Source: Coprothermobacterota bacterium
Lineage (GTDB): Bacteria > Coprothermobacterota > Coprothermobacteria > Coprothermobacterales > Coprothermobacteraceae
Assembly (NCBI GenBank): GCA_036679065.1
Contig: JAZIGN010000001.1
Span: 236,559 to 300,558 of the forward strand
Length of the DNA: 64,000 bases
Direction: 5' to 3'
Shown: positions 1-9,693 of the stretch, piece by piece
Numbering within the stretch: the stretch's first letter is position 1
Layout: every line of letters starts with the position of its first letter
Position numbers and translations under genes: made by a program
The notes under the pieces: generated by a model
Database searches by the model: none
What the model was told of the DNA's origin: nothing
The model's input: only the letters and a program-made list of their open reading frames with translations

Positions 1-322
1 TTTAGATGAAGAACAAGTCAGTGAAGTACTTTCAATAATGGCAGTCAAGAATACATCTAGTATTGACTCTAAAATCACCGATGAGAGTGATACCACGGGT
101 GAGGAGCTACTGGGACTTTTAACTGACAGGGCTTTAGAAGACGAAGCTCTTTTGGAGATAGCGGTGTCGGAACTTCCTGAGCCTGAACGCTTCATAATCG
201 AAAAACGCTTAGAAGGTCTCTCTCAGAGTGAAATTGCAAAGCTTTTGAACATTTCCCAAGCTCAAGTCTCGCGGTTTGAAAGAAAAGCGATTGCTAAGCT
301 TAAAGAGGCCATATATGGATAG
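1..322 (+). CDS. RNA polymerase sigma factor, SigB/SigF/SigG-like, C-terminal part (5' truncated by window edge)
   Basis: Region-4 HTH 'LSQSEIAKLLNISQAQVSRFERKAIAKLKE'; the frame is open back to the window start. Confidence 0.8.
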   Translation, partial: LDEEQVSEVLSIMAVKNTSSIDSKITDESDTTGEELLGLLTDRALEDEALLEIAVSELPEPERFIIEKRLEGLSQSEIAKLLNISQAQVSRFERKAIAKLKEAIYG

Positions 323-1340
323 GAAAGACTTAATGCGAGTCATATTGCAAGCAGAAGCCGCTTTTCTGCTAATGGCTTTCGCATTCTATATTGTTATTAG
401 AAACCTTTCCACTGTGTATGGTTGGGTCACATTTCTTGCCTGGCTTGTATTCGCCATGTATGTGGTCGAAGCAGTAGCAAAACTATTCAAAGTGCAAAAA
501 AGGTTTGCAGGTCTAGTAGGAGTTATAACTGCCATTTTGCTGCTCTTAGGTGTGGGGCTATCCATTTACTATCTCATACAAAGTATTATTCCGCCTCTGG
601 TAAAGAGTATTGATAGCTTTATCGCCTACATGCCGAAGTTGCAGGAAGCCGTCGGCGAATGGGCTCAGAGGAGCGAAGTTTTTATGTGGCTTTTTGATCA
701 GATAAGTACTGAAGTTCAGTCTTGGGTTGGTGGAGAAACCGTCAGAAATGTACTCTTTACCATTGGTCGTTTTCTCACATCTTCTGGTGGGAGTCTCTTT
801 CAGATCACACTAGCCGTTGTGATTTCAGGAATTCTCATACCATACAAAGATAAACTCCTTGATTTTGCAGATAGCAAAATACCTGCTGCGAAATTTAAAC
901 AATTGGATTTGATGCTTGGTCAGTATGCTTTGCAGCGCTTAGTCAGTGGTTTTGCACTAGCCGTTGTCCTTTTCATCGGTAACGCCATAATCTTGAGAAA
1001 CAGTGCTTTGGCGTTAGGAATTGCAAGCTTGGGATTTGTTTTAGACTTTATTCCATATGTGGGGCCATTTTTTGCTTTCATCATCAATGCTATTGTAGTC
1101 TTGGTTGTATCGCCTTCGTGGTTAATCTTAGTTCTTACCTTAATCATATTCTTGGCCGGGCAAGGTGTAGAACAGTTAGTAGCAGCTACCATGGCCAGTG
1201 TGCAGTTCTCCATTCCGTTTATCGTGGCCATTGCGTTAGTGATTTTTGGTGGTGTGGTAGCTGGTGTTCCGGGGCTCATACTCGGAGTACCTATTGGTGC
1301 TTATCTTATCAATCTGTGGAGTAAGCCGAAAGAGATATGA
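315..1340 (+). CDS. AI-2E family transporter (PerM-like membrane protein)
   Basis: Multi-TM protein with 'FIPYVGP' and C-terminal 'GGVVAGVPGLILGVP' motifs; start moved to ATG 315. Confidence 0.8.
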   Translation: MDRKDLMRVILQAEAAFLLMAFAFYIVIRNLSTVYGWVTFLAWLVFAMYVVEAVAKLFKVQKRFAGLVGVITAILLLLGVGLSIYYLIQSIIPPLVKSIDSFIAYMPKLQEAVGEWAQRSEVFMWLFDQISTEVQSWVGGETVRNVLFTIGRFLTSSGGSLFQITLAVVISGILIPYKDKLLDFADSKIPAAKFKQLDLMLGQYALQRLVSGFALAVVLFIGNAIILRNSALALGIASLGFVLDFIPYVGPFFAFIINAIVVLVVSPSWLILVLTLIIFLAGQGVEQLVAATMASVQFSIPFIVAIALVIFGGVVAGVPGLILGVPIGAYLINLWSKPKEI

Positions 1341-1750
1341 TTGTCGCTGTGGATTTTGGGCTAAAGAGAATTGGTATGGCACGGAGTGATGACAGTGAGA
1401 CATGGGCTTTTCCACATAAAACACTGGAAGGGAACGATTTGGAAACAAAACTCATTATCGAGCTGAAGAAACTCGGACCGAGGGTGGTAGTTTTGGGACT
1501 TCCCAGAAACATGGACGGAACTGAAGGGGAGATGGCTGCAGCAGTTCGAGCTTTAGGTCAGCGTTTGGAGGCCGTTGGATTTATTGTGGATTTTTGGGAC
1601 GAAAGGCTTACGTCTAGGTTGGTTTCTCGTCAAGACCCTCGAAGCTTGAAAAAAGCAATAAAAGATAAGGGTAAGGTTGATTTGATGTCAGCTGTGCTAA
1701 TATTACAGGAGTATATTAATGCGAGGAGGAGAACAAATGAACCACAATGA
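1337..1750 (+). CDS. ruvX: YqgF/RuvX family nuclease (pre-16S rRNA maturation / HJ resolvase-like)
   Basis: 'AVDFGLKRIGMA', 'GLPRNMDG', 'WDERLTS', 'DLMSAVLILQ' motifs. Confidence 0.9.
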   Translation: MIVAVDFGLKRIGMARSDDSETWAFPHKTLEGNDLETKLIIELKKLGPRVVVLGLPRNMDGTEGEMAAAVRALGQRLEAVGFIVDFWDERLTSRLVSRQDPRSLKKAIKDKGKVDLMSAVLILQEYINARRRTNEPQ

Positions 1751-2027
1751 AGAACACGAGCATAACCACGAGGAAATGGAAGAAGTCATCATATCCTTTA
1801 CAGACGAAAATGATGTGGAGCATCAATATGCTCTTATTGAGGAACTATCAGTAGGCGAAGCTTTGTACGGAGTCTTTGCTCCTGTTGAAGAAGAAGGCGA
1901 CCTGTTGGTATTTCGTATAGAAGACGACCAACTAGTGGAGATTGAGTCTGATGAAGAATTCGAGAAAGTAAAAGAGGCTTGGGAAGCTCTGTTGGAAGCT
2001 GAAGACGACGAAGAAGAGGAAGAGTAG
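1737..2027 (+). CDS. DUF1292 (YrzB-like) acidic small protein
   Basis: Very acidic, His-rich N-terminus, 'IESDEEFEKV'; typical position after ruvX; RBS GAGGAG upstream. Confidence 0.7.
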   Translation: MNHNEEHEHNHEEMEEVIISFTDENDVEHQYALIEELSVGEALYGVFAPVEEEGDLLVFRIEDDQLVEIESDEEFEKVKEAWEALLEAEDDEEEEE

Positions 2028-2067
2028 TAATAGTTTATTAGATGCATAGCTTTAAAACTAACTTCAC

Positions 2068-2301
2068 GTGTTCAAGGTTGAACTGATTTTAGGAAAAGCT
2101 GATGTGGGCGTTGTACAGACTTTGATTGAAGGGCTGGACAACGCCTATTCCATGATGGGGACTAGCCGCATCTCGGATGACAACTACAGAATGACTCTTC
2201 AAGCTAGTAGCTTTTGCCTAAAGGAACTTATCTCAGTTATCCTCAGCTGCATGCTGCAGGGAAATGTGAAGTCCTTCTTAGTTACCACTTGGGAAGACTG
2301 A
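2068..2301 (+). CDS. Hypothetical 77-aa protein (possibly DUF4911-like)
   Basis: Fills the gap between DUF1292 and the pilus ATPase; family resemblance is weak. Confidence 0.45.
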   Translation: MFKVELILGKADVGVVQTLIEGLDNAYSMMGTSRISDDNYRMTLQASSFCLKELISVILSCMLQGNVKSFLVTTWED

Positions 2302-2303
2302 CG

Positions 2304-3347
2304 TTGGACAACAATATCTTTAACACAAGCCTCTACGGCGGTATAAATGATTACGTAGCTGCAGCTCATGAATTGGCGGCTTCTGATCTTCACTTTGTTC
2401 CAGACGCTGATCGTGTAAATGTTTTCACTCGCACTAACGGCGATATGCGCTTTCAAGGTGCCATTAACCACAGCGAATACGATCGATTGCTTAATGCTTT
2501 CAAGTTCTCGAGTGGGTTAGACGTTGCTAACAGCAGAGTTTCACAAGATGCACGATTATCTATGCCTACCAGAGATGGCACGTTGTTCCTGCGCGTTTGT
2601 ATCTTACCTACAGTTCACGGAGAATCCTTAACATTGAGGTTACCAACCAAGGGCCAGTATGGTTCCTTTGTCGATCTGGGCATGGATTCTAAGCAGGCTG
2701 ATTCGTTCGAGGAAGCGATCAAGTATGGTAAAGGAATTGTTTTGATAACTGGACTGACAGGCTCAGGCAAGACTTCTACGTACTATACAACATTGAGGTT
2801 CTTGCAGAACGATGGCATGAAGATCATCAGCCTTGAAGATCCTGTGGAACAGTTCTTAGATGGTGTAGTGCAAGTGGAGGTGGGGGAAGAGGTTGGATTT
2901 GGATACAAAGAAATAATTAGATCGGCGCTAAGGAGTGACCCCGATGTCATAGCAATTGGAGAAATAAGGGACGAAGAAACAGCCAGGGCGGTTATCAACG
3001 CGGCTTTTTCGTCACGTCTAGTCATTGCCACTATGCACAGTCGTGACCTATCTCATGCACTCAGGAGACTTTTGTACTTTGGAGTTTTGGCCCAAGACAT
3101 AGAAGCCACTATTTCTTTTTTGATTCATCAGCGGCTGATCACCTTGCGAAGCAATGAAAAGATGTACCGGACAGCTGTTTTTGCAGTAAAAGATGGTGCT
3201 ATTAGCTGCTCACAGCCCTTTATGGAAGAGCTCACAAGTCTCACCTACGATTGCATCTGCCGTCGGCTGGGGAATTATTCACACTTTGGTCAAGAAATTG
3301 TTAGAATTGATAGTGATTTGGAGGGGATAGCCTTTGGACATTTTTGA
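2304..3347 (+). CDS. GspE/PulE/PilB (ComGA-like) assembly ATPase, short form
   Basis: 'ASDLHF', 'SQDARL', Walker A GLTGSGKTS, 'LEDPVE', 'LRSDPDVIAIGEIRD', 'ATMH'; TTG start at 2304 inferred. Confidence 0.85.
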   Translation: MDNNIFNTSLYGGINDYVAAAHELAASDLHFVPDADRVNVFTRTNGDMRFQGAINHSEYDRLLNAFKFSSGLDVANSRVSQDARLSMPTRDGTLFLRVCILPTVHGESLTLRLPTKGQYGSFVDLGMDSKQADSFEEAIKYGKGIVLITGLTGSGKTSTYYTTLRFLQNDGMKIISLEDPVEQFLDGVVQVEVGEEVGFGYKEIIRSALRSDPDVIAIGEIRDEETARAVINAAFSSRLVIATMHSRDLSHALRRLLYFGVLAQDIEATISFLIHQRLITLRSNEKMYRTAVFAVKDGAISCSQPFMEELTSLTYDCICRRLGNYSHFGQEIVRIDSDLEGIAFGHF

Positions 3348-4395
3348 GCTCCTTAGGAAAACAACGGATTTAAAGGGTACCGATTTACATTTGACGGTTA
3401 ATTTACCACCCATGATTCGCATTGATTCGGTTCTTCACCCTTTGGGAGATCAGGTCTTAACTACTGAGGATACGGCTGCTATGGCTTCGCAGATCCTACC
3501 CAAAACGCAGGAAACTATTTTCAAGTCCCAGCTAAATGCCGATTTCTCGTTTGGTGTTCCTGGCCTTGGTAGATTCAGGGCAAATGTGTACCTGCAGCGG
3601 GGAAGTGTTGCATTAGCCATAAGGCGCTTACCTTTTGACGTTCCTTCTTCTGAAGAGCTTGGACTACCAAAAATTGTCACTGATTTGGCGAAGAAGAAGA
3701 GGGGCATGGTCATCGTTACAGGTCCTACAGGATCTGGGAAGTCAACTACCTTAGCGTCCATGATAAAGACTATAAATGACTCTTTCCGATATCACATCAT
3801 AACACTTGAAGACCCTATTGAATACACCTTCAGACACAACCTCTCAATTGTTAACCAGCGTGAGGTGGGAAATGACGTGCTTTCATTTGCCGAAGGTCTT
3901 CGGGCTGCCTTAAGAGAAGACCCTGATGTGGTTATGTTAGGAGAGATGCGTGACTTAGCTTCAGTTTCAGCAGCGCTAACCTTGGCCGAAACGGGGCATT
4001 TGGTTCTAACGACTTTGCATACGAAGTCAGCAGCAGAAACCGTGGACAGAATTGTGGACGTATTTCCTCCGAACCAACAGCAGCAGGTCAGAACTCAGCT
4101 TTCTAGTGTGTTGGAGGGAATAGTTTCTCAGCGCCTTTTGCCCAAAAAGGGTGGGGGATTGATTTTGGCGTATGAGGTTCTCATAGCAACTCCTGCCGTG
4201 CGTTCGCTTATCAGAGAAGGGAAAACTCATCAAATACCGTCTTCCATTCAGACGGGTTCATCTTTTGGCATGGTTACCATGGAAAACAGGTTATTCGAAC
4301 TTCTGCAAAAGGGTTTCATTGATGAAGATCAAGCCATGGAAACGGCGAATTATCCTGATGTATTAAAAAGATTGATAGATGCTCAGAAAAAGTAA
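3334..4395 (+). CDS. pilT: Type IV pilus retraction ATPase PilT
   Basis: GPTGSGKSTT, LEDPIE, LREDPDVVMLGEMRD, ETGHLV, 'AVRSLIRE' (AIRNLIRE-type) motif. Confidence 0.92.
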   Translation: MDIFELLRKTTDLKGTDLHLTVNLPPMIRIDSVLHPLGDQVLTTEDTAAMASQILPKTQETIFKSQLNADFSFGVPGLGRFRANVYLQRGSVALAIRRLPFDVPSSEELGLPKIVTDLAKKKRGMVIVTGPTGSGKSTTLASMIKTINDSFRYHIITLEDPIEYTFRHNLSIVNQREVGNDVLSFAEGLRAALREDPDVVMLGEMRDLASVSAALTLAETGHLVLTTLHTKSAAETVDRIVDVFPPNQQQQVRTQLSSVLEGIVSQRLLPKKGGGLILAYEVLIATPAVRSLIREGKTHQIPSSIQTGSSFGMVTMENRLFELLQKGFIDEDQAMETANYPDVLKRLIDAQKK

Positions 4396-5395
4396 TAGTA
4401 ATGGCAGGAAAGGTTCCCAGGCCGCAGAGGATTTTCTGATCGATGTGGCACAACTGATGGCTGGAGGATATAGCATGTCCGATAGCGTCGTCATATTAAG
4501 TCAGGAGTCCAGATACGGCTTGGTGCCTGCATTGCTCAAAGACTCACTTGCTGAAGGCCTTGCGTTCTCTGAGGCTCTGGAAAGAATCCCTACCATCATA
4601 GATCCGGTGATAAGTATGTACATACGATCTGCAGAGGAGACAGGAAATCTGACACATGCCATGCAGGAAGTTTCTACAAGGATATTAGCTGGTAGAAAGT
4701 GGGATCAGATGGTGTCAGAAATACTCTTTTACCCACGTCTGGTACTTGTTGCAGTCACGCTGATTTTGGACGCATTTTGGTTGTTTTTCTTACCATTCAT
4801 TGAGAGTTTCCTTTACTCCATGGGAATGGAGGCAGTGTTTTGGACAGAATTGATGAGCCTGTCCAAGTCTTTTATGTGGGCACTTCCCATTATAAACATT
4901 GGAAGCGCTTGGGTAGCATTTAGTGATGGACTGGTTTCTATGCTGGTGCCAAGAAGTGTAAAAACTTTGAGTAAGGATGTTTGGTTATTCAGCTCATTGG
5001 AATCAATGCTACAGGCTGGTTTGCCAATGGGAACTGCCATATTGACTCTTTCTCATATAAGTACCAGTATTAAAGGTGAGCAACAAACCTTAATGAGGTT
5101 ATATGAGCGATTAAAGTCAGGAGAAAGGTTAAGTATGGCCATGAGTATGGAGGAAGGACGTTGGGATTCCACTGTAATTTCACGCGTTGCTATCGCTGAG
5201 AAAAATGGGGTCCTGAACCAAGCTTTGAGTTCGATTACTTCGCAGCTAGAACACAGAAGGCAGATGACCATGGCACACTATGTTCAGGCGCTAAAATCTT
5301 TCTCGGTTTTAATGGCGGGCTTGGCTGTTTTTGGAATTACCTACTCGGTTTACAAACCTATGGTTCAAATGCTACTAGATCTAAGTGGTATTTAA
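4379..5395 (+). CDS. Type II secretion/type IV pilus platform protein (PilC/GspF/ComGB family)
   Basis: Two GspF repeats ('AEETGNL', 'AEKNGVL'), three TM segments, 'YKPM' C-terminus. Confidence 0.8.
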   Translation: MLRKSNSNGRKGSQAAEDFLIDVAQLMAGGYSMSDSVVILSQESRYGLVPALLKDSLAEGLAFSEALERIPTIIDPVISMYIRSAEETGNLTHAMQEVSTRILAGRKWDQMVSEILFYPRLVLVAVTLILDAFWLFFLPFIESFLYSMGMEAVFWTELMSLSKSFMWALPIINIGSAWVAFSDGLVSMLVPRSVKTLSKDVWLFSSLESMLQAGLPMGTAILTLSHISTSIKGEQQTLMRLYERLKSGERLSMAMSMEEGRWDSTVISRVAIAEKNGVLNQALSSITSQLEHRRQMTMAHYVQALKSFSVLMAGLAVFGITYSVYKPMVQMLLDLSGI

Positions 5396-5408
5396 GGAGG
5401 TGTTGTTT

Positions 5409-6437
5409 TTGAACATAGAAAGTCTGTTGCAAGGAGCAGATGCTCTTTTTATTAATGACCGTCCCACCCTGCGCTGGTTGAGTGGATTCACTGGCGACGA
5501 AGGTTATGCTTTAGTTACTAATGACGTCAAGTTGCTTCTGGTGGATTCTCGTTTTACTGAACAAGCTCTTTTAGAAACCAAAGGCTTCGAGGTTATTGAA
5601 TACAGGCCACCGTTAGTCGATTTCCTTAGTGAACAAGGTTTCCTAAAGGGTACCATAGCCATTAATGGTGACTACATCAGTTACAGGCTATCCTCTAAGT
5701 TGGCTGAGAAGGGAGTTAAGCTAATGGACGTAGGGGAGGAGATACTCCTTCAACGTGCAGTAAAGACGCCAGAGGAGATTGACTACATTAAACAAGCTAT
5801 CTTCATAGCAGAGGAGGCTTTTAGGAGATCCTTGGGTAGCATTAAACCTGGAGTAAGCGAGAAGGAATTTGTAGCTGAACTAGAGTACCAAGCGCGCAAG
5901 TTAGGCAGTGAGGGGATGGCTTTTGATACCATTGTGGGCAGCGGGTGGAGGGGTGCATTGCCACATGGTGTAGCCAGTGACAAGAGAATTGAAGACGGTG
6001 ACTTGGTTGTAGTGGACTGGGGCTGTGTTTACAAGGGCTACTGCAGTGATTTAACACGCACAATCATTGTCGGTAATGCTGACGCGAAGGCCATGGAGGT
6101 TTTGAATGTTGTACTGGAAGCTCACCGCTTGGCAGCTGAAGCAGAAGAATTCACTTTTGGTTCTGATCTGGATGCCATCGCTAGGGATTACATAACTAGT
6201 AAGGGTTTTGGTAAATACTTTGGTCATGGGTTGGGCCATGGTATTGGACTTCAGATCCATGAGTACCCTTCGCTTTCTGCCAGGACACAGCATCAACTCA
6301 TAGATGGTCATGTCTTTACCATTGAACCTGGCATTTATCTACCTGGAGAATTTGGTGTGAGAATTGAAGATGACTACGCCATATTAGGGGGTAAAATTAA
6401 TAAGCTAAGCAACTTAGAACAGGTCATAATGGTATAA
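5409..6437 (+). CDS. Xaa-Pro aminopeptidase (M24 family)
   Basis: 'ALPHG', 'DWG..GYCSDLTRT', 'HGLGHGIGLQIHE', 'EPGIY', 'GVRIED'; AAGGAGG precedes TTG 5409. Confidence 0.92.
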   Translation: MNIESLLQGADALFINDRPTLRWLSGFTGDEGYALVTNDVKLLLVDSRFTEQALLETKGFEVIEYRPPLVDFLSEQGFLKGTIAINGDYISYRLSSKLAEKGVKLMDVGEEILLQRAVKTPEEIDYIKQAIFIAEEAFRRSLGSIKPGVSEKEFVAELEYQARKLGSEGMAFDTIVGSGWRGALPHGVASDKRIEDGDLVVVDWGCVYKGYCSDLTRTIIVGNADAKAMEVLNVVLEAHRLAAEAEEFTFGSDLDAIARDYITSKGFGKYFGHGLGHGIGLQIHEYPSLSARTQHQLIDGHVFTIEPGIYLPGEFGVRIEDDYAILGGKINKLSNLEQVIMV

Positions 6438-6438
6438 T
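6430..6438 (+). promoter_or_regulatory. Extended -10 promoter candidate for efp
   Basis: TGgTATAAT 25 nt upstream of the efp start; no clear -35. Confidence 0.45.
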
Positions 6439-6463
6439 TATGGGAAGCGAGAGGTGATGAGAT

Positions 6464-7024
6464 TTGATTTCAACTAACGACTTAAGACCGGGCATCATAG
6501 TTGATTTGGATGGTACATTGTACCTAATCGTTACTGCTCAACATGTAAAACCAGGAAAAGGTTCTGCTTTTGTTCGCGTGAAAATGAAAAAATTATCGGA
6601 TGGGTCTACTATTGAGCAGACGTTCAGAGCTGGAGAAAAAGTTCAAAGGGCTTATTTGGAAACAAAGCAAATGCAGTATTTATATTCTGACGGCGAGCAT
6701 TTTGTTTTCATGGATACGGATACTTATGAGCAAGTCACGCTCTCGGGTGACATAATGAGTGATGTACAGCAGTGGTTAAAAGAAGGCATGATGGTTAATG
6801 TCCAGTTTTATCAAGGAAAAGCGGTAGGCATAGAAGTACCAACTTTTGTTGAATTAGAGGTTGTTGAAACTGAACCAGGAGTTAGGGGTGATACCGCCCA
6901 AGGAGGCTCAAAACCTGCTAAGTTGGAAACTGGAGCTGTTGTGCAGGTTCCCTTGTTCATAACAGAAGGTGACATCATCAGAGTCGACACTCGAACTGGG
7001 GAATACGTAGAAAGGGTTGGTTAA
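6464..7024 (+). CDS. efp: Elongation factor P
   Basis: 'HVKPGKGSAF', 'PGVRGDTAQGGSKPAKLETG', 'VDTRTGEYVER'. Confidence 0.97.
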   Translation: MISTNDLRPGIIVDLDGTLYLIVTAQHVKPGKGSAFVRVKMKKLSDGSTIEQTFRAGEKVQRAYLETKQMQYLYSDGEHFVFMDTDTYEQVTLSGDIMSDVQQWLKEGMMVNVQFYQGKAVGIEVPTFVELEVVETEPGVRGDTAQGGSKPAKLETGAVVQVPLFITEGDIIRVDTRTGEYVERVG

Positions 7025-7026
7025 TT

Positions 7027-7320
7027 GTGCATTTAAGGTCTGAAGACATAGTTGTTCTAAGGGCGGCTCTTGCTCTAAGCTTAATGGAGGTACCTGGGGT
7101 AGCTAAGATGTCTCCTAAAGAGGCTATTAACAGGGTTCAGCTTTCTAGAGCCGCTGATGAGAAACTTTTGATTTCCATAAATGTGGACTTGGAAACAAAT
7201 GCTGATCTGGGTGAAGTAAAAAACAGAATAAAGGATTTTGTCAGAAGGGTTCTATTGGCATATTTTGACAAAGAGCTGGACTACGACATTATTTTGGAAA
7301 TCGAAAATGTCAAAGAGTAG
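7027..7320 (+). CDS. Asp23/Gls24 (YqhY-like) family protein, divergent
   Basis: 'EVPGVAKM' motif, size, and position between efp and nusB. Confidence 0.55.
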   Translation: MHLRSEDIVVLRAALALSLMEVPGVAKMSPKEAINRVQLSRAADEKLLISINVDLETNADLGEVKNRIKDFVRRVLLAYFDKELDYDIILEIENVKE

Positions 7321-7753
7321 AGGAAAACTTTTTGAAACAGGGCGAGAACTTTTGCTTCAGGAACTGCTCGGTTATGAGTTGGGTTTGACCAGCCAAGAAG
7401 ATCTTTGGCCCAGGCTAAAGGTTGCCTTGCCAAAATCTGACAGAGTCAAACGTCATATAAAACGTCTGCTAAATGCTTATCTGGAAAACCGCGAAGAGAT
7501 TGATATATGGATTGACCACAGTTTGAAGTCTAAGTCTTTTGCAGCTTACAGTGATTTAGAAAAAATGATAATGAGACTGGCTGTCGTAGAAACTCGGTTT
7601 TTTGGTGACGAAAAGATGATGCCGATTATTGTGAGCACTTGGGTAGATATTGCTAGGCGTTATGTTGACGAAAGTTTTGCTAAAGCAATACATGCCATCA
7701 TGGGCACGTGCTATGAGGAACAAAATGCAGATACAGGATTATCAAAACCTTAA
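7307..7753 (+). CDS. nusB: Transcription antitermination factor NusB (divergent)
   Basis: 'REEIDIWI', 'LEKMIMRLAVVE', 'VDIARRY...FAKAIHAIMG'; synteny. Confidence 0.75.
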   Translation: MSKSRGKLFETGRELLLQELLGYELGLTSQEDLWPRLKVALPKSDRVKRHIKRLLNAYLENREEIDIWIDHSLKSKSFAAYSDLEKMIMRLAVVETRFFGDEKMMPIIVSTWVDIARRYVDESFAKAIHAIMGTCYEEQNADTGLSKP

Positions 7754-9614
7754 ACAATGTGATTTGAAATCACTTAAGAATTTGGCTCAGGAAATTAGAT
7801 CATTCATATTAGAATCAGTCCACAAGCAAGGTGGACACGTAGCATCTAATCTGGGTATGGTGGAGATAACTTTGGGCATAGCCCAAGTTTTTGACCTTGA
7901 TCAAGATGCTGTTATTTTTGATACCTCTCACCAAAGCTATACGTATAAACTACTGACACGAAGATCCGAAGATCTGCCTACTATTCGGACGTTGGGCGGA
8001 TTATCGGGATTTACAGATCCAGTTGAGTCAACTTATGATAAGTACTATGCTGGTCACGCTGGTACAGGCTTAAGCCTTGCTTACGGTGAGGCAATGGCTA
8101 GAAAACTAAAAGGGGTGCCCGGGCGTGTGCTCGTAGTGGTAGGCGACGGTGCTCTGACCAACGGCATTAGTTATGAAGGATTAAACAACATAGGTGCCAG
8201 TGGGCTGCCCATAGTGATCATTCTCAATGACAATGAACACAGCATTTCTAAAAATGTGGGAGCTATGGCTGCATATTTGGCCAAACTAAGATCTTCAGGT
8301 ACCTACAAGAGCATGAAAAAATTCGTTACAAGCACTCTGAGAAAGGCTGGGGCTAAGAACATTGAAGATGCTCTTGAAAAAGCGAAGTTGGCACTCAAGG
8401 AAGCGTTTCAGTTAGATACGTTCTTCGAGAAGCTTGGAATTGTGTATTTAGGGCCCTTTGATGGGAACGACTTGGAGTCTGTGCTTATAGCTCTGGAAAT
8501 AGCTCAGAGTTTTGATAAGCCAACGGTGGTTCACTTCTTGACAAGAAAGGGCGCAGGCTATGAGCCCGCAGAAAAGTCTCCGGTGGCATTCCATAGTGCG
8601 GCTCCGTTCAATATTAGAACGGGCGAAATGAAACCTGAAACTTCGAGAACCTTTACAAAGGCATTTGGGGACTTTATGGCTGAGATTGGCAAAGACACTG
8701 ATGTGGTTGCACTCACAGCTGCCATGACTGACGGTACTGGGCTCAGTCAATTTGCAGAGAGATATCCAGACCGTTTTATTGATGTAGGTATTGCAGAAGA
8801 ACACGTGGTACTAACTGCTAGTGCAATGTCGTCTCATGGTCTTAAGCCTGTTGTGGCAGTTTATTCCACCTTTCTGCAGCGCTCCTATGATCAACTCTTA
8901 CATGACATAGCCCTACCAAAAAAGCATGTGGTGTTTGCTTTAGATAGGGCCGGGCTTGTTCCGTCGGATGGCCCAACCCATCAAGGTCTATGGGATATTG
9001 CCTATGCTTTGCACGTACCAAACAGCCGAATTTATACTCCTTTTGATGAAGAGTCCCTCATACGGTCATTACGGGAGGCTCTGGAATGCGATGTTCCTTG
9101 TTTTGTGCGTTACCCTAAAGCAGTACTCACACAGGTGGAGCTCGAAAACCATGGCAGCTTTGTCTATGCAGGCTTTGGACAAGATGTCACACTGGTCGCT
9201 TACGGCCCTATGGTAATTCAGGCAGCAGATGCTTTGGACCATCTAAAGAATTACGGTATTATGGGGGAGGTTTTTGGTCTTTGGCAGGTTCGTCCCCTGC
9301 CCGATGGATTATGGGAGCATCTTCAGGGGAAAAGAAGCATTTATGTAGTGGAGGAAGGTATTAAAGACTATGGCGCTGCAGCTTTTCTGAGAAGTTTGGG
9401 ACTGGAAGTGTACTCCTTGGGTGTTGCAGATCCATTTGTTCCTGCTGGAACCAGAGAGCAACTTCTTCAACTGTGCCATTTGGATGCTGAGGGCATAGCA
9501 AAAAGAATAACAAGGCGTGAACTGTTGCGTCGCCCGCTGAAGCAGGCGAAAACGGGCTTTTCGCCATCAGAACCTTCTGTAGTACCATCATTAGTTAGAA
9601 AAAGACCAAGCTAG
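7725..9614 (+). CDS. dxs: 1-deoxy-D-xylulose-5-phosphate synthase
   Basis: 'GGHVASNLG', 'HQSY', TPP motif 'GDGA..NDN', 'IAEEH', 'YSTFLQR', 'DGPTHQG'. Confidence 0.95.
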   Translation: MQIQDYQNLKQCDLKSLKNLAQEIRSFILESVHKQGGHVASNLGMVEITLGIAQVFDLDQDAVIFDTSHQSYTYKLLTRRSEDLPTIRTLGGLSGFTDPVESTYDKYYAGHAGTGLSLAYGEAMARKLKGVPGRVLVVVGDGALTNGISYEGLNNIGASGLPIVIILNDNEHSISKNVGAMAAYLAKLRSSGTYKSMKKFVTSTLRKAGAKNIEDALEKAKLALKEAFQLDTFFEKLGIVYLGPFDGNDLESVLIALEIAQSFDKPTVVHFLTRKGAGYEPAEKSPVAFHSAAPFNIRTGEMKPETSRTFTKAFGDFMAEIGKDTDVVALTAAMTDGTGLSQFAERYPDRFIDVGIAEEHVVLTASAMSSHGLKPVVAVYSTFLQRSYDQLLHDIALPKKHVVFALDRAGLVPSDGPTHQGLWDIAYALHVPNSRIYTPFDEESLIRSLREALECDVPCFVRYPKAVLTQVELENHGSFVYAGFGQDVTLVAYGPMVIQAADALDHLKNYGIMGEVFGLWQVRPLPDGLWEHLQGKRSIYVVEEGIKDYGAAAFLRSLGLEVYSLGVADPFVPAGTREQLLQLCHLDAEGIAKRITRRELLRRPLKQAKTGFSPSEPSVVPSLVRKRPS

Positions 9615-9693
9615 GTAGATCCTTTTTCATTTATCACAACGTGCATGAGTGAGAATGTTTTTTGTTTTCCTTTCTTTTTGAATTAAACTTATA

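Noticed and set aside
9516..9610. Faint resemblance to IS200/IS605 or omegaRNA-type ends (GTGAACT...GCTGAAGC...GGGCTT)
   Set aside because: Match is too loose and no tnpA/tnpB/iscB is nearby; kept only as an unexplained hairpin
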